Assembly: GCA_964016885.1 (NCBI GenBank)
Contig: OZ024753.1
Location: forward strand, 32,054,001 to 32,118,000
Length of the DNA: 64,000 bases
Reading direction: 5' to 3'
Origin: Eledone cirrhosa
Lineage: Eukaryota
Below are positions 1 through 12,033 of the stretch, piece after piece. The notes under the pieces are model-generated. The model had not been told where the DNA came from, did not search any database, and worked only from the letters and a program-made list of their open reading frames with translations. The position numbers were made by a program, and so were the translations under genes. Each line of letters begins with the position of its first letter. The stretch's first letter is position 1.

Positions 1-447
1 TAAACTTCAGGATATGGACTGGAATTGGCCCCAGGAAAAATAAAAAAAGAGTGTGTTGTTGTCAAATAGTTATAGAAATAAACGGGACATATCTATATAT
101 AAAAAAAATAAATAGTATTCACAAGTGTGCCGAGGCACAAAAAATTTGGTTTAGATTCACAGTTGTAATAAAATATATATTACCTCACTCAGGTTTTGAC
201 GTTAGTTTCTGCTTTTCTACATATATACAGACACAGGCAAATACACACAGCTACATACAAACAAATGCACAGACAGAAACACACATATATGACCATTGAG
301 AATGTTACCAATTAATTTCGATTGTGTGAATTTAGTTTCAGATAGACAGATCGAAGAGGGAAAACACCATACAAAATAAATTACATGTTGACGCCTCGGG
401 TGTCAATATGAAACAAATTTACATAAATGAAAAAATAAAAATAAAAT

Positions 448-494
<47 letters not shown>

Positions 495-615
495 CCACCA
501 CCTATATATATATATATGCAGAACAAACACAGTTAAATAGAATCTCACGCCTACGCACGGATCTTTTGAACAGCCAGAAAGTTTGGTTAAAATAATGTTA
601 TATTCTGTTATTATT

Positions 616-802
616 GGTGGATTGGCAGTATCGGTAGAGGGTCGGACACCATGCTTTCCAGCATAGTTACGTCCCTTTACGATCTGAGTTCAAATCCCGC
701 CGAGGTTGACTTTGCCTTTCATCCTTACGGGGTCGATAAAATAAAGTACCAGTAATGCACTGGGTAATTGCTGGCCTTGTGCCTAAAGTAGAAACAATTA
801 TT
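616..802 (+). mobile_element. tRNA-derived SINE, family A (conserved central domain GCCTTTCATCCTTACGGGGTCGATAAAATAAAGTACCAG)
   Basis: A-box-like TGGCAGTATCGG, B-box GAGTTCAAATCC and an (ATT)n-like tail; more than ten similar copies in the window. The central domain resembles MetaSINE-type domains (from memory, not verified). Confidence 0.9.
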
Positions 803-1085
803 TCTAAAAAACGAATTCCCTTAAGTAAACGAAGACTTAATATCTTCGTATTTAAATAACAAGTGAAACACAGAAGAAATACTGCATTGTTGAGGTGAGA
901 AGATACAGAGTTGTTAATCCTCAGAAATGTGATTTGTAGTTTGTAATAAATGTTTTAAGGCTGTAAGTGCAGAAATAGCTTTATATTAAGATTCCTGCTT
1001 AGGGACCATATTAAGGTGAGGGTGGAACGAACATTGAAAGAAAAATTAATACACGTCTTCTGAAGAATCTTTATACACAAGACAA

Positions 1086-1120
<35 letters not shown>

Positions 1121-1126
<6 letters not shown>

Positions 1127-1490
1127 ATAAAAAACGGAGAATAAGTGTTGCGACGAATAACATTTATCATATTACAATCGTTTCTCTGGCGACCAGCTCA
1201 AGGCACGATCGATGCAATGATCGAACCTGACCCTGAAATCATAAGGTCGTCAGATACGTCTCGATTCTACGAAGCAGAGTTTCCAAATGTACGATTTCAG
1301 AGTCAGGTTCGATCATTGCATCGATCATACTTCGAGCTGGTCGCCAGAGAAACGATTGTAATATGTCTAATACATTTTATTCGTCGCAACACTGATTCTC
1401 CGTTTCTTATGTGATATTATACTCTTCTTTGTAAGAGCATCGAGTGCTCAAACGACTTACCGCTTACGGACGCTTTAAGCATCCCACACC

Positions 1491-1493
<3 letters not shown>
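1121..1493 (+). mobile_element. Fold-back element in (TA)n, probable PLE remnant
   Basis: Inverted arms about 1121-1243 and 1290-1417, flanked by (TA)n. The right arm carries GAAACGATTGTA, an HHR 3'-half-like motif. Confidence 0.65.
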
Positions 1494-1547
<54 letters not shown>

Positions 1548-1750
1548 TGTGTGTGTGTAATTACTGACTGATAATTTACAGAAAGTCGGAACATTGTGGT
1601 AGAAATATATAAACGGCAAAAGATGACAAATAAAACAAAACAAAGTAATGCCTTATCCACTCTCTTTTCAAATGTAAAACGAAAACGACTCAAAACAGAA
1701 CGAAAGATATATGCGAGATTTCCAAATATTACACACCAGGTAGTTTATCA

Positions 1751-1970
1751 ATTAGTTGTCGAAATGGCAAGAGCTCAACCGTCGGAGCCCGACGGCTGAG
1801 CTCTTATATATTCATTTATATTAAGGTTAAAAAGTGAACCTCTTTACTCTGGAGTTACAAGTTAAACAGACGAAACTCCAGAGTAACAAGACTCACTTTT
1901 TCGCCTTAATATAAATGAATATTAAAACTCTATTTCGGTATTGAGTACTCCTTTCTCTCAGCCGTCAACC
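1751..1970 (+). mobile_element. Two adjacent fold-back PLE-like remnants
   Basis: Hairpin 1769-1805 belongs to the GAGCTCAGCCGTCGGGG family. A separate inverted repeat 1808-1856/1874-1922 contains GAAACTCCAGAGTA and is followed by ACTCTATTTCGGTATTGAGTACTC. Confidence 0.6.
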
Positions 1971-2467
1971 ACATGTACATATATATATATCTATCTATCT
2001 CTCTATATATATATATATAGTTTTCGAGATGGTTAAAAAGTTTGTTTTTATGTTTTGAATTGATGATACTGTGATATTTTAACGTATATTATCAGGGCAC
2101 CTCACTTGGCTATCTCTGTAAGCGGTTACTGATGAAATAGGCCTGTTCTTGGCAAGACACAACAGGACGAGAAAAATGAAAGTAAAATAAAAAGATAAGA
2201 CACAGCATGAAATTATATCCAAGTTGGAACTCTGCTTATAATTTCGATACCAAAACCAGTAAATGTTTGCCAGAGGCATAAAGATATTTCTAGGAAATAC
2301 ATTTATACACAGTATGTATATCAAAACATATTTGAAATTCGCCTGTTACGAACGTTCCAGGGTATTAAAATATATTATGCACTAACAAATCTGTAAACAT
2401 TGTGTATATCTCTTAGTTTAGTTTCTATTTTGCTTCACTTCCCGTGGCTGCTACACTGCAAGCTGAG

Positions 2468-2539
<72 letters not shown>

Positions 2540-2599
2540 TTCCTCAAATTTTTAGAGGGCTTCAGCAATGCAAATAGGAAAATGAATTTTAAGATTAAT

Positions 2600-2785
2600 T
2601 GTTTCTACTTTTGGCACAATGCCAGCAATTATTCCAGTGTATTACTGGTACTTTATTTTATAGACCCTGTAAGGACGAAAGGCAAAGTTAACATCGGCGG
2701 GATTTGAACTCAGACCATAACGGCCGTAACACTTTGCTGCAAAGCATGGTGTCCCACCGTCCACCGATATCGCCATTCCACCGCC
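2600..2785 (-). mobile_element. SINE family A with TSD
   Basis: Reverse-complement copy; TTTTAAGATTAAT at 2587-2599 and 2786-2798. Confidence 0.9.
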
Positions 2786-2925
2786 TTTTAAGATTAATGA
2801 TAAGAAAGTTGATGGAATGTTACGTTCAAGGTGTTTAATTATTCCTTACAATTTCGGGGAAAAATCCCAGTGTCAAATTATTAGGTATTAATATATCACC
2901 TCAAGGCATTAATATATCACCTCTA

Positions 2926-3112
2926 GGGCGGTGGATTGGCAGTATCGGTAGAGGGTCGGACGCCATGCTTTGACGCATATAGTTACGGTCCTTGCCATTC
3001 TGAGTTCAAATCCCGCCGAGGTTAACTTTGCCTTTCATCCTTACGGGGTCGATAAAATAAAGTACCAGTAATGCACTGGGTAATTGCTGGCCTTGTGCCT
3101 AAAGTAGAAACA
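2926..3112 (+). mobile_element. SINE family A with 18-bp TSD
   Basis: ATTAATATATCACCTCTA at 2908-2925 and 3113-3130. Confidence 0.92.
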
Positions 3113-3289
3113 ATTAATATATCACCTCTATGGTAACGTTTCAACAACTTTCATCAGGGCTTGACGCAAACAACTCCTTATTATACATGCAAATACATAA
3201 TGTATGTATGTGTGTGTGTGTGTGTGTGTGTGCTTGCTCAGTCCGATTCGACGATCAGCTCCATTCGTTCTCTTCCTGGAACTTGACTG

Positions 3290-3520
3290 GTTACTCACCA
3301 CTATAGGCGCTGAGCTGGCCAGCCGCAGGTGTGAGCCTCGCGAGTTGGAATGGCTTTTCCAGCGCGTCTCCCTTGCCGTCCTCCGGGGAAACGCCTTCTC
3401 CATTCTGTCCGCCGGGGTTGTGGGGAGGCCACCAATATGATTGACTGACTTGTCATTTCATCAGCCAACTGTTGCTGTCGTTAACATCTGTCAGTCTTTT
3501 ATACACTAGACTTGAAGGAA
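3290..3520 (+). mobile_element. 3' fragment of a CRE-like non-LTR retrotransposon (C-terminus of the restriction-like endonuclease region)
   Basis: The ORF ending at 3440 encodes IGAELASRRCEPRELEWLFQRVSLAVLRGNAFSIL, matching the LFQR.S.A..RGNA C-terminal motif of CRE-clade elements. It sits next to (TG)n. Confidence 0.75.
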
Positions 3521-3876
3521 TGTATCTGTGTGTGCTGTATCGACTGTGAGAGGATGAAACACAACGTTGAGCTCAGCGGGATTTCAATTCAAAACGTAGT
3601 GAAGAAAGAAGTTTCGGAACAAAATAGCAAAAGGAAGTCTATGACGACTTTACCAATTTGCCGCCTTGACGCGAGTTTAGTCGAAATAAATGACTGTCGG
3701 CCGACAGCCAATTTTATTTGGATGAACTTATCATACAGTGTTTATTTGACATCCATTAACGAGAAGAGCTTGTTTCCGTAGTGTAATTTACAACCAATTT
3801 CAGTAAATCTTGGTTGCGGGAACTATATATTAGCAAATTTAGTAGATTAGTAGATTGTACAGTCAGTTGATTGTAT

Positions 3877-3919
<43 letters not shown>

Positions 3920-3983
3920 ATATAAAATACATATATATGTATATCTGTGTGTCTGATATATGTACATAAATACATATATAGGC

Positions 3984-4066
<83 letters not shown>

Positions 4067-5057
4067 CATATACATATATAATAGGCATGTATGTACTGAG
4101 GTATGCACGTAGTTGTTAGTGTGTGTGCATGCGGGACAGTCTGAGAAGTTTGGATAATTACTTTTGTAAAATGAAATGATTGAGAAAAGATACAATTGAA
4201 AGTAGGTTAAAATTTACGGTTTATTTATAGAGGATGTGGTTTATATGGAAGACGATAGGTGATATAAATGGTATATGAAGCCCTGAGTTGAATTTAATGA
4301 AGTTGAAGGAACAGCATACGTTTGTGTGTACGTGTATATGTTCAAAACCTGCCAAAAGTAACATTGCTTTTTATATTATAATGTACCAGCGCAAAATCGA
4401 AGAAAAATTATTCACGCTCCCTGTTCTTGGCAGAGGAATCGGTTGTGTTCACAGTTGGAAAGGGATGGGGTCCGACAGCAGAGTAACAGGAAATCGGACC
4501 AAGGTGACAATAGTTCCATTGTTATATACATTGCTCTCTTTTATCTGCTGTTTGCAACTCCTGGCAGAAGAGGGCGGTAATTGAACTCCGTGCAGTGAAC
4601 TCAAACATATACCGAGACAGACCAATATGCATACATATACACACACACACATTATATATATATATATATATATATGGTTGTTTATTAGAGAGACAGAGAA
4701 AGAGAGAGAGAGAAAAAGAAAGAGAAAGAGAGATGAGAGAGAGAATGAGAAAGTGAGTACAGACGTAAATCAAAAGTAATTTTAAAGATAACGATGGGAA
4801 ATAATTCACATCTGTTAATAAGCGCAATGAATAAGAAAATTACAAGTTAAGCGTCGATGTTCGTAGCGCAGCTGTTGTCATAATCCAATTTCGGATAACG
4901 GCGTTATATTTTAAATAGAGATTAAATTAAATTCACACATACACACACAAACATATAAATATATATATATAGCCATATATATATATAGCCATATATATAT
5001 ATATACACATACACATGCACGCCCCCATATATAAATCCCCCCCCCCCCTATATATAT

Positions 5058-5483
5058 ATGCAACCCCGTTCTTCCCCCAACCCTTGCTTTCACATACACA
5101 CACACACACACACGTACACCTACACACACACACCACCTTCAGCCCTCCCCGCTCGGACACCCCGTCTCCCTCTCCCCACTCCACCCGCCACCACCCCTAC
5201 ACGCCCCACACCCTTCCACCACCTGTTTTACCCCCTTTTAATTTTATTTTGATCATGCCTTTATTTTTAAATTCATTTGCACCGTTACCGCTCACCCCCT
5301 TTTTGCTATATGTCTCCCCAACACTCCCCTACACACTCTTTGAACTCTCTTCCCACACACTTTTCACCTGAAGAAGGGCTTATGCCCGAAACGTCGTTCC
5401 CCACCACCACCCCACTCTCAAGAGCGTGAAATTAATAAACATTTGTTGTACTGCCTCTCTGTTTTGTTCCCGTTCAACTTTTC

Positions 5484-5485
<2 letters not shown>
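5058..5485 (+). mobile_element. 5'-truncated PLE (family P1) with minimal hammerhead
   Basis: Homologous to about 14293-14770; flanked by (TA)n; contains CTGAAGAAGGGCTTATGCCCGAAACGTC. Confidence 0.8.
5366..5397 (+). ncRNA. Minimal type I hammerhead ribozyme motif
   Basis: AC-CUGAAGA-A-GGGC(UUAU)GCCC-GAAAC-GUC-GU. Stem I is only about 2 bp. Confidence 0.7.
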
Positions 5486-5519
<34 letters not shown>

Positions 5520-5674
5520 GTATAGGATTATCCAAGATGCAGTGATGGTTAATTACTACACTGGATATGGTTGACGTACGGTAAGAGGTTACTCTACGAG
5601 TTATGGAAGAATTGTTCAAGAAACTTAGTTCCTGATCCTTCAGTATTCCGGAGTGTATATAAAGAATGAATAAT

Positions 5675-5857
5675 TGTTTCTACTTTTGGCACAAGGCCAG
5701 CAATTATCCAGTACATTACTGGTACTTTATTTTATCGACCCCGTAAGGATGAAAGGCAAAGTTGACCTCGGCGGGATTTGAACTCAGAATGGAAAGATCC
5801 GTAACTCTATGCGTCAAAGCATATCGTCCGACCCTCTACCGATACTGCCAATCCACC
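5675..5857 (-). mobile_element. SINE family A inserted at the end of a PLE arm
   Basis: TSD TATATAAAGAATGAATAAT at 5656-5674 and 5861-5879. Confidence 0.9.
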
Positions 5858-5860
5858 ATA

Positions 5861-6111
5861 TATATAAAGAATGAATAATAACAGGTAGACATCATAAAAA
5901 GGTAGTTTATTCCGTGTGCTTACAAGTGTTTCCACGGTGGTACTGCAGCCTGCTCTGAGGAAACAGTGGTCACAGCATTGGATATTCGAGTTCTGCAAAT
6001 ACTTGTGAATTTGCACGTAGCGGAACTAGGCTGCAGTACCACCGTGGAAACACTTGTAGCACACGGAATAAACTACCTTTTTATGATGTCTACCTGTTAT
6101 TATTCATTCTT

Positions 6112-6118
<7 letters not shown>
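5861..6118 (+). mobile_element. Fold-back PLE remnant (family P2) with extended hammerhead
   Basis: Arms 5861-5951/6028-6118. TGCT-CTGAGGA...GAAACACTTGTA-(A)GCA at 5951-6061. Same family as 55471-55660. Confidence 0.85.
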
Positions 6119-6149
<31 letters not shown>

Positions 6150-6429
6150 GGTATATGTAAATATATGGATAGATGCAAAATCCTGACTGCGGTGCCAAGC
6201 GGTTTCGATATAAATATATGTATATTACATACATACACACATATATATTACATATATATATATATGTATAGGCACATACACATTTATATACATCAAAATG
6301 TGAACACATATACATATGCACAACAAGTGAGACTATGTGGCTGCAAGAGCTGTTGGCAATATCAGTCTACAGACTACAATGGACCTCCGTCAGTTTCTAC
6401 GATGATTCATCCTGTTTGAGCCACGGAAC

Positions 6430-6576
6430 AGCCTGCTCGTAAAATAAGCATGCAAGCGGCTGAGCATTCCCTAGTTTTGTGTATTCTTAATGTATTTCTC
6501 AGAGAGGTTCAGCATGGACAAAGCTGGCACTTTGAACTATAGGTACACTTCATTGTAGACCAGAGCAACGTAAAAT
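6430..6576 (-). mobile_element. Degenerate 3' part of a CORE-type SINE (family B)
   Basis: Similar to 19040-19196, 28920-29065 and 63745-63981. Confidence 0.6.
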
Positions 6577-6577
6577 C

Positions 6578-6761
6578 TAATTGTTTCTACATTTGGCACA
6601 AAGCCAGCAATTACCCCAGTGCATTACGGGTACTTTATTTTATAGACCCCGTAAGGATGAAAGGCAAAGTTAACCTCGGCGGGATTTGAACTCAGAATGG
6701 CAAGGGCCGTAACTCTATGCGTCAAAGCATGGCGTCCGACGCTCTACCGATACTGCCAATC
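6578..6761 (-). mobile_element. SINE family A
   Basis: Reverse-complement copy of 616-802. Confidence 0.9.
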
Positions 6762-7478
6762 AAAGACTCAAAGCGGCACTGAAAGTGGCACCCTGTTTGC
6801 GAATCATTGCTCCCCACGTTCATGGCAGACCTGGTCGCAAAAAGACAACAACAACAACAGCAGCAACAGGAAATGCACTTACAATCACGAGCAGTCTAAT
6901 AAGTGAATCACCACTGAAACTGAACCGTACAGTCTGTCCCTTATTCCCTCTCTCACTTTCCTTTTTTTTTTTTAGTTTCATTTAATTATTTTTATATTTT
7001 AATTGTAAATATCATTATATTCTAGTTATTATAACAAAAAGTAAAATATGAGAGGAGTTAAATATATGTAAAAAAGCTCTAATAAAGAAGAACATTGTGA
7101 AATTATGTATAAAAGTTGATAGTAGCAGTTGTTATAATCCAATTTCTTATAACGATGTTATAGTTTAAAGATTAGATAAATAAATATATAAAATGCAATG
7201 TAATCTTGGAATTGTCTTTTCCCCCAAAAGGCTAATTTGTATTCGATCATTGCATTTTAAAATAAGCAAATTATAATGATGAAAATAAAAAAAAACATGG
7301 ATGACGAAACACAAAAACAAGTTCCACACTTGGTAAGCAAGCGAGCGAGTGAGAAAGAGAGATAGAAAGAGAGAGATAGTAGAGAGAGTAAGGGAGAGTG
7401 AGGGAAAGCGAGCGAGCGAGAGACACAGAGTGGGAGGAATATAGATATAAAGAGAGAGATGAACACAGAGAAAGAGAG

Positions 7479-7553
<75 letters not shown>

Positions 7554-7950
7554 TAGAGATAGATATAGGGAGGAAGAGATAGCGAAAGTTGAAAAATAAT
7601 TGTCTTCGTATCACGAAGAGCATGAAGATAAGAAGAAATAATGGAAACTATAAGCTTGTAAAGATTTTAACGAGCAAGTCATGAAGATAATCAAGACCTA
7701 AACTAATTATATAGCAAATTCTTTTTCTGTTTATACAAGTTTTTGAAGTAGGAAAAAAACAACAACATGAAACACCTCATCAAAGCGTTATACACACACA
7801 CATATATATATATATACATTTATCACACCACATATATATGTATGTGTATATATATATAACATACAAACATATATGCATATATACACGTATATGTGAGTGC
7901 ATGCATATATATATATGTATAAATACACACACATATACATTTACCTATAT

Positions 7951-8021
<71 letters not shown>

Positions 8022-8287
8022 AGAGAGAGAGTAGAATCGAAGTCAGTGTTACAGTATATGTACAAAATTTATTGGTATATTAAAATTGTTTCAATATTGA
8101 CCAGCTCTGGTTGCAATAAACGTGGCGGGGCCCAACTCTTCTTCGACATCGTTTTACACTCGGCACACTACAGCCGCCTTAAATCTGGAATAAAACCAAC
8201 ACGAGACAGACCTCTCAACAACATTGAGTGCTACGAACGGCGCACCAGCTGTACCTGTAGTTAGACACCTAATATAGACACACACGG

Positions 8288-8341
<54 letters not shown>

Positions 8342-9438
8342 ACCTAGATATACACACATAAATATATATGTATGTGTATATACATACATATACGTGTATC
8401 TATCTATCTATCTATCTAACTCTCTCTCTATATATATATATACTGTATATATATCTATATATATATATACATATACACACCTCATAAAACAGCACTAAGT
8501 AATATAATATATAATATCTACGTATAGAACTAATACCTACCACCTTCCCAGTATAAAGAAAATACAATAAAAAATAAGATTAAATTTTAACTACTAGCAA
8601 CATGCCATATAACTCTCAGAACAGAAACATCTTGCAAAATACACGACACCTACACAGAAAACTAACATTTGTCATAAACAAATCCTTCTTTCATATATAT
8701 ATATATATATTTTATCAATATATAAATAAAAAAAATGAAATTAAATTTACCAATATGTATACAATCGTACATAAACACTTCTAAACACAGCCAAAATGCT
8801 ATAAATATCAGACAAATATACAACCCCCATGTAACTGCAGTGATAGAATAAGATGTTTCTTGAATGGAAAATACCTGATAAAAGAAATAGTATGTATACT
8901 GAGCAGGTGTAGAATCAGTAGACGCTACAATAAAATTATGAACTGCGCTGACCGAAAACACTTTAAACTTTAGATTTATATATGAAATTCTTTCGAAACG
9001 AATTTGATTTTTGAAAGACAGAAGAAATCAATAGAACAATAAAATTGAATATTTTTAGAAAGACAATGACAATCATACTCTGGCAATTGTAACAATACTC
9101 TGGCAGCCGCTCCGATCTATTTGCGACTGAGAGACACAGGCTCTCCATTCGTCCTAATTGTATCTTTATTCCTGCTGTCGTGCAAAGAAAACTACATTTC
9201 AAGTTTTCACGCCTATTTTTGTACCAACAGATTTCGGGTCCCGAACTCGTTAAAAACTCCAAAACATGAGACTAAATAGGTAAAATCAAGTCAAAATATA
9301 ATTTCTTACTAACGAATGAAGTAGAACATCTAATCCTCCCTAGGAAAAAGAAAACGTTCCTACGTCCCTGTATCAAGAAACACAAACGAAGTCTGTACAC
9401 AGTGGATTTACCCCAGAGAAGGATATATATATATATAT

Positions 9439-9580
9439 GTTCGGATCTAGCTATCGAAACGGCTGGAGCTCAGCCGTCGGGGTCCTGACTGTTTTCATAT
9501 TACCCACTTTACTACCGTAAGTATTGAGTACTCTGGTGCGTTATGGTTCACCAGGTATCTTACCACAGCCTCTTTGTTTA
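9439..9580 (+). mobile_element. PLE-like remnant (family P3) carrying the 3' half of an HHR
   Basis: CTAGCTATC-GAAACGGC-TGGAGCTCA-GCCGTC-GGGG, in (TA)n. Other copies at 1751, 11943, 27124 and 47837. Confidence 0.75.
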
Positions 9581-10050
9581 TATATATATATATATGTAGT
9601 AAAAACAGTAAAAATATTCAAAGTCAAAACACTCAGTCTGTAGGCCGAGTTATGCTGTACACTTATATTAAATTACTATTGCATAACGCGAATACGCACG
9701 TTTCATTAGCGTGGTAGGTAACTCCAACTTCTCAATTCATCGTACTCCGAGTTTCATGAATCCTCACTGATGACAGTTGCTTGCGATATCAGTGAACAAT
9801 CAGGAAACAGAGTAATCGAAATAATATAATAAATATATAATACAACAATATATATATATCATCCTGCCACACATATATACACAAATAGACATACACACAC
9901 ATCTTTACAGAAATAGGCATACACAAGCATACACACATAAACTCACATAGAAAGTGATAATATATATGACTATTATTCTAAATAAAAGTGTATTAGACTG
10001 CCTAGACAAAATACATTCTATGCTTATTGCACAATAATGTTATATGTATG

Positions 10051-10148
<98 letters not shown>

Positions 10149-11024
10149 ATGTATTGAATTACTTATGCAGCACACCATAACAGCGTATCATTGATTTTAT
10201 TTTGCAATGGAACGGAAAAAGAGAATGTTTAGCTGTGGTTTTAGATAGAATAAAGTAGTTTTAATCTAGCTAATGCAACTTCGTCTATACCAATTCATTT
10301 ATAGGTACAGACACGACAATACAAACATCTTTATATTTGCTACTAACTGCTTGGATTCTATCAGTGAAGAAAATAGTATTTTTTTAAATATGTTTTCTGT
10401 TTCATTATTTCAACGGATTTCTTTCGAGCAAGATGTGTATTTTTTTACAACACTGAGAGAGTAGAATTTCTATCACGAAATTATAGGATTGTATTTTCTT
10501 TTCTCTCAAATCTCAACAGCAGAATTATTGTAGATTTCTTTTTAAATAAAATATATATATATAAAAATTTCATCTCTCTAGATAATTACATTTTCTTAAG
10601 CACACCAAGACATATTTCAAAATTTACATTGATGAAATAATATTTAGTCTAGAACGTTCACAATTGCAATCGATTTTGCATTATTTGCTGTATTTCAGTC
10701 TGCTACACGAATCCGTATAGGAAGTACTATCGCTTAACTAAATGACCTACAATTAAAAAATCGATTCTGATGAAAATAGGATTTATTAAGGATAATTGTG
10801 ATGGCCCAAGTTATTGGAATCAGCAGTTCGCATTCTTATTTTACAGAAATTTCAACTATTCTCCCTTTCAAATGGTTCTTTCTCTCCTGTCTCTCAATGC
10901 CACTCCTACTCAAATAGAAAGATTTCCCTTTCTACATCCTTCATTTATTTGTATAAAGCGCCATCCATGTTTGTGATGATTCGTTGAGAAATGGCGACGT
11001 TGTTTCCAGGGAATCAGGCAAACC

Positions 11025-11055
<31 letters not shown>

Positions 11056-11370
11056 CCACCTCTTCTACGGCTTCGATATAAATACCCCCTCCGCCTCCGT
11101 GGTATTTTCTTCGGGGTTATAAGAGGCTTAGCTCTGTTTCTCGACCGTTATATCGCGTGACTATCTCCCCCTCCGCCTTTTGGGATTCTTTCTCACGTTG
11201 TGGAGACGCGTTCTTGAGACTAGTAAAATGAGGTATCCTCTTGATAAGTCGGCAGACCTCGCAAGGACTCTATATCTTTATGATATATTGTTTTTGTTTA
11301 TGCCACGAAACTACGTAGTCGAGGAATCTAGGAGCAGTTTAGGTATGATACATTTTATTACTAATTATAT
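11056..11370 (+). mobile_element. PLE-like remnant (family P4) containing a variant hammerhead
   Basis: GC-richer island starting directly from (TA)n; HHR at 11236-11325. Confidence 0.65.
11236..11325 (+). ncRNA. Type I hammerhead ribozyme, U3:A8 core variant
   Basis: Stem I TCCTC/GAGGA; core TTGATAA; stem II GT(C)GGCA/TGCCAC; GAAAC-TACGTA-GTC. Confidence 0.75.
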
Positions 11371-11397
11371 CTAAATGTTTCTTCTCTCTTCATAATG

Positions 11398-11426
<29 letters not shown>

Positions 11427-11428
<2 letters not shown>

Positions 11429-11770
11429 AATGTCAACTCTGGATGTCGGTGAGCATGTCCAGCCAACCTCAGTCTCCTCTGTGTCACTTTTGAGCTGACT
11501 TTTGGGATGCTCCCATACAGCTCTGAGTTTTTCATCCTCAGTGTATACTGATTAATGTTCAGAGCCATCCTCAGCATTCTCGTGTAGCACCCATCCACCA
11601 TCTGAGTGACACACTAGAAGAGGAAGACCAAGGTTAACATATGTTGATGCCCTCAGGACAGACACTGGTCTGTTGGAGATGCAGGAAATGGCAGCGATAA
11701 TGAGGGACAGAGACCGCTGGAGAGAACTCGTCCATGGATCTCGGGAATTTTACCCGCCTTAGATAGATAT
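11427..11770. mobile_element. RTE-like LINE 3' end with a 5' inversion
   Basis: Minus strand 11427-11601 encodes DGCYTRMLRMALN...RRLRLAGHAHRHPEL. Plus strand 11608-11762 encodes the continuation HTRRGRPRLTYVDALRTDTGL...DRDRWREL. Confidence 0.88.
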
Positions 11771-11875
11771 GTGTGTGTGTATATATATATATCTTTTGAA
11801 GTTTGGGTGGCCATCGATATTTTTGTGCCAACACCGTAACTCGTTTGGTTGGCCGTGTGTACCTGTGAGCTTATG

Positions 11876-11932
<57 letters not shown>

Positions 11933-11942
11933 CATACATACG

Positions 11943-12033
11943 TAGGAAATGAGTCAGGACCCAGACAGCTGAGCTCCGGCCGTTCCGACAGCTAGGCGTT
12001 ATGGTCCACCTGGTTCCTTACCACACTTTGTTA
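11943..12033. mobile_element. Family P3 fragment: inverted HHR half fused to the forward tail
   Basis: 11943-11994 is the reverse complement of the HHR part; 11995-12033 is the forward tail GCGTTATGGTCCACCTGG. Confidence 0.7.

Noticed and set aside
3676-3728. Imperfect palindrome centred on TGTCGGCCGACA
   Set aside because: It is short, degenerate and single-copy in the window, so it cannot be assigned.
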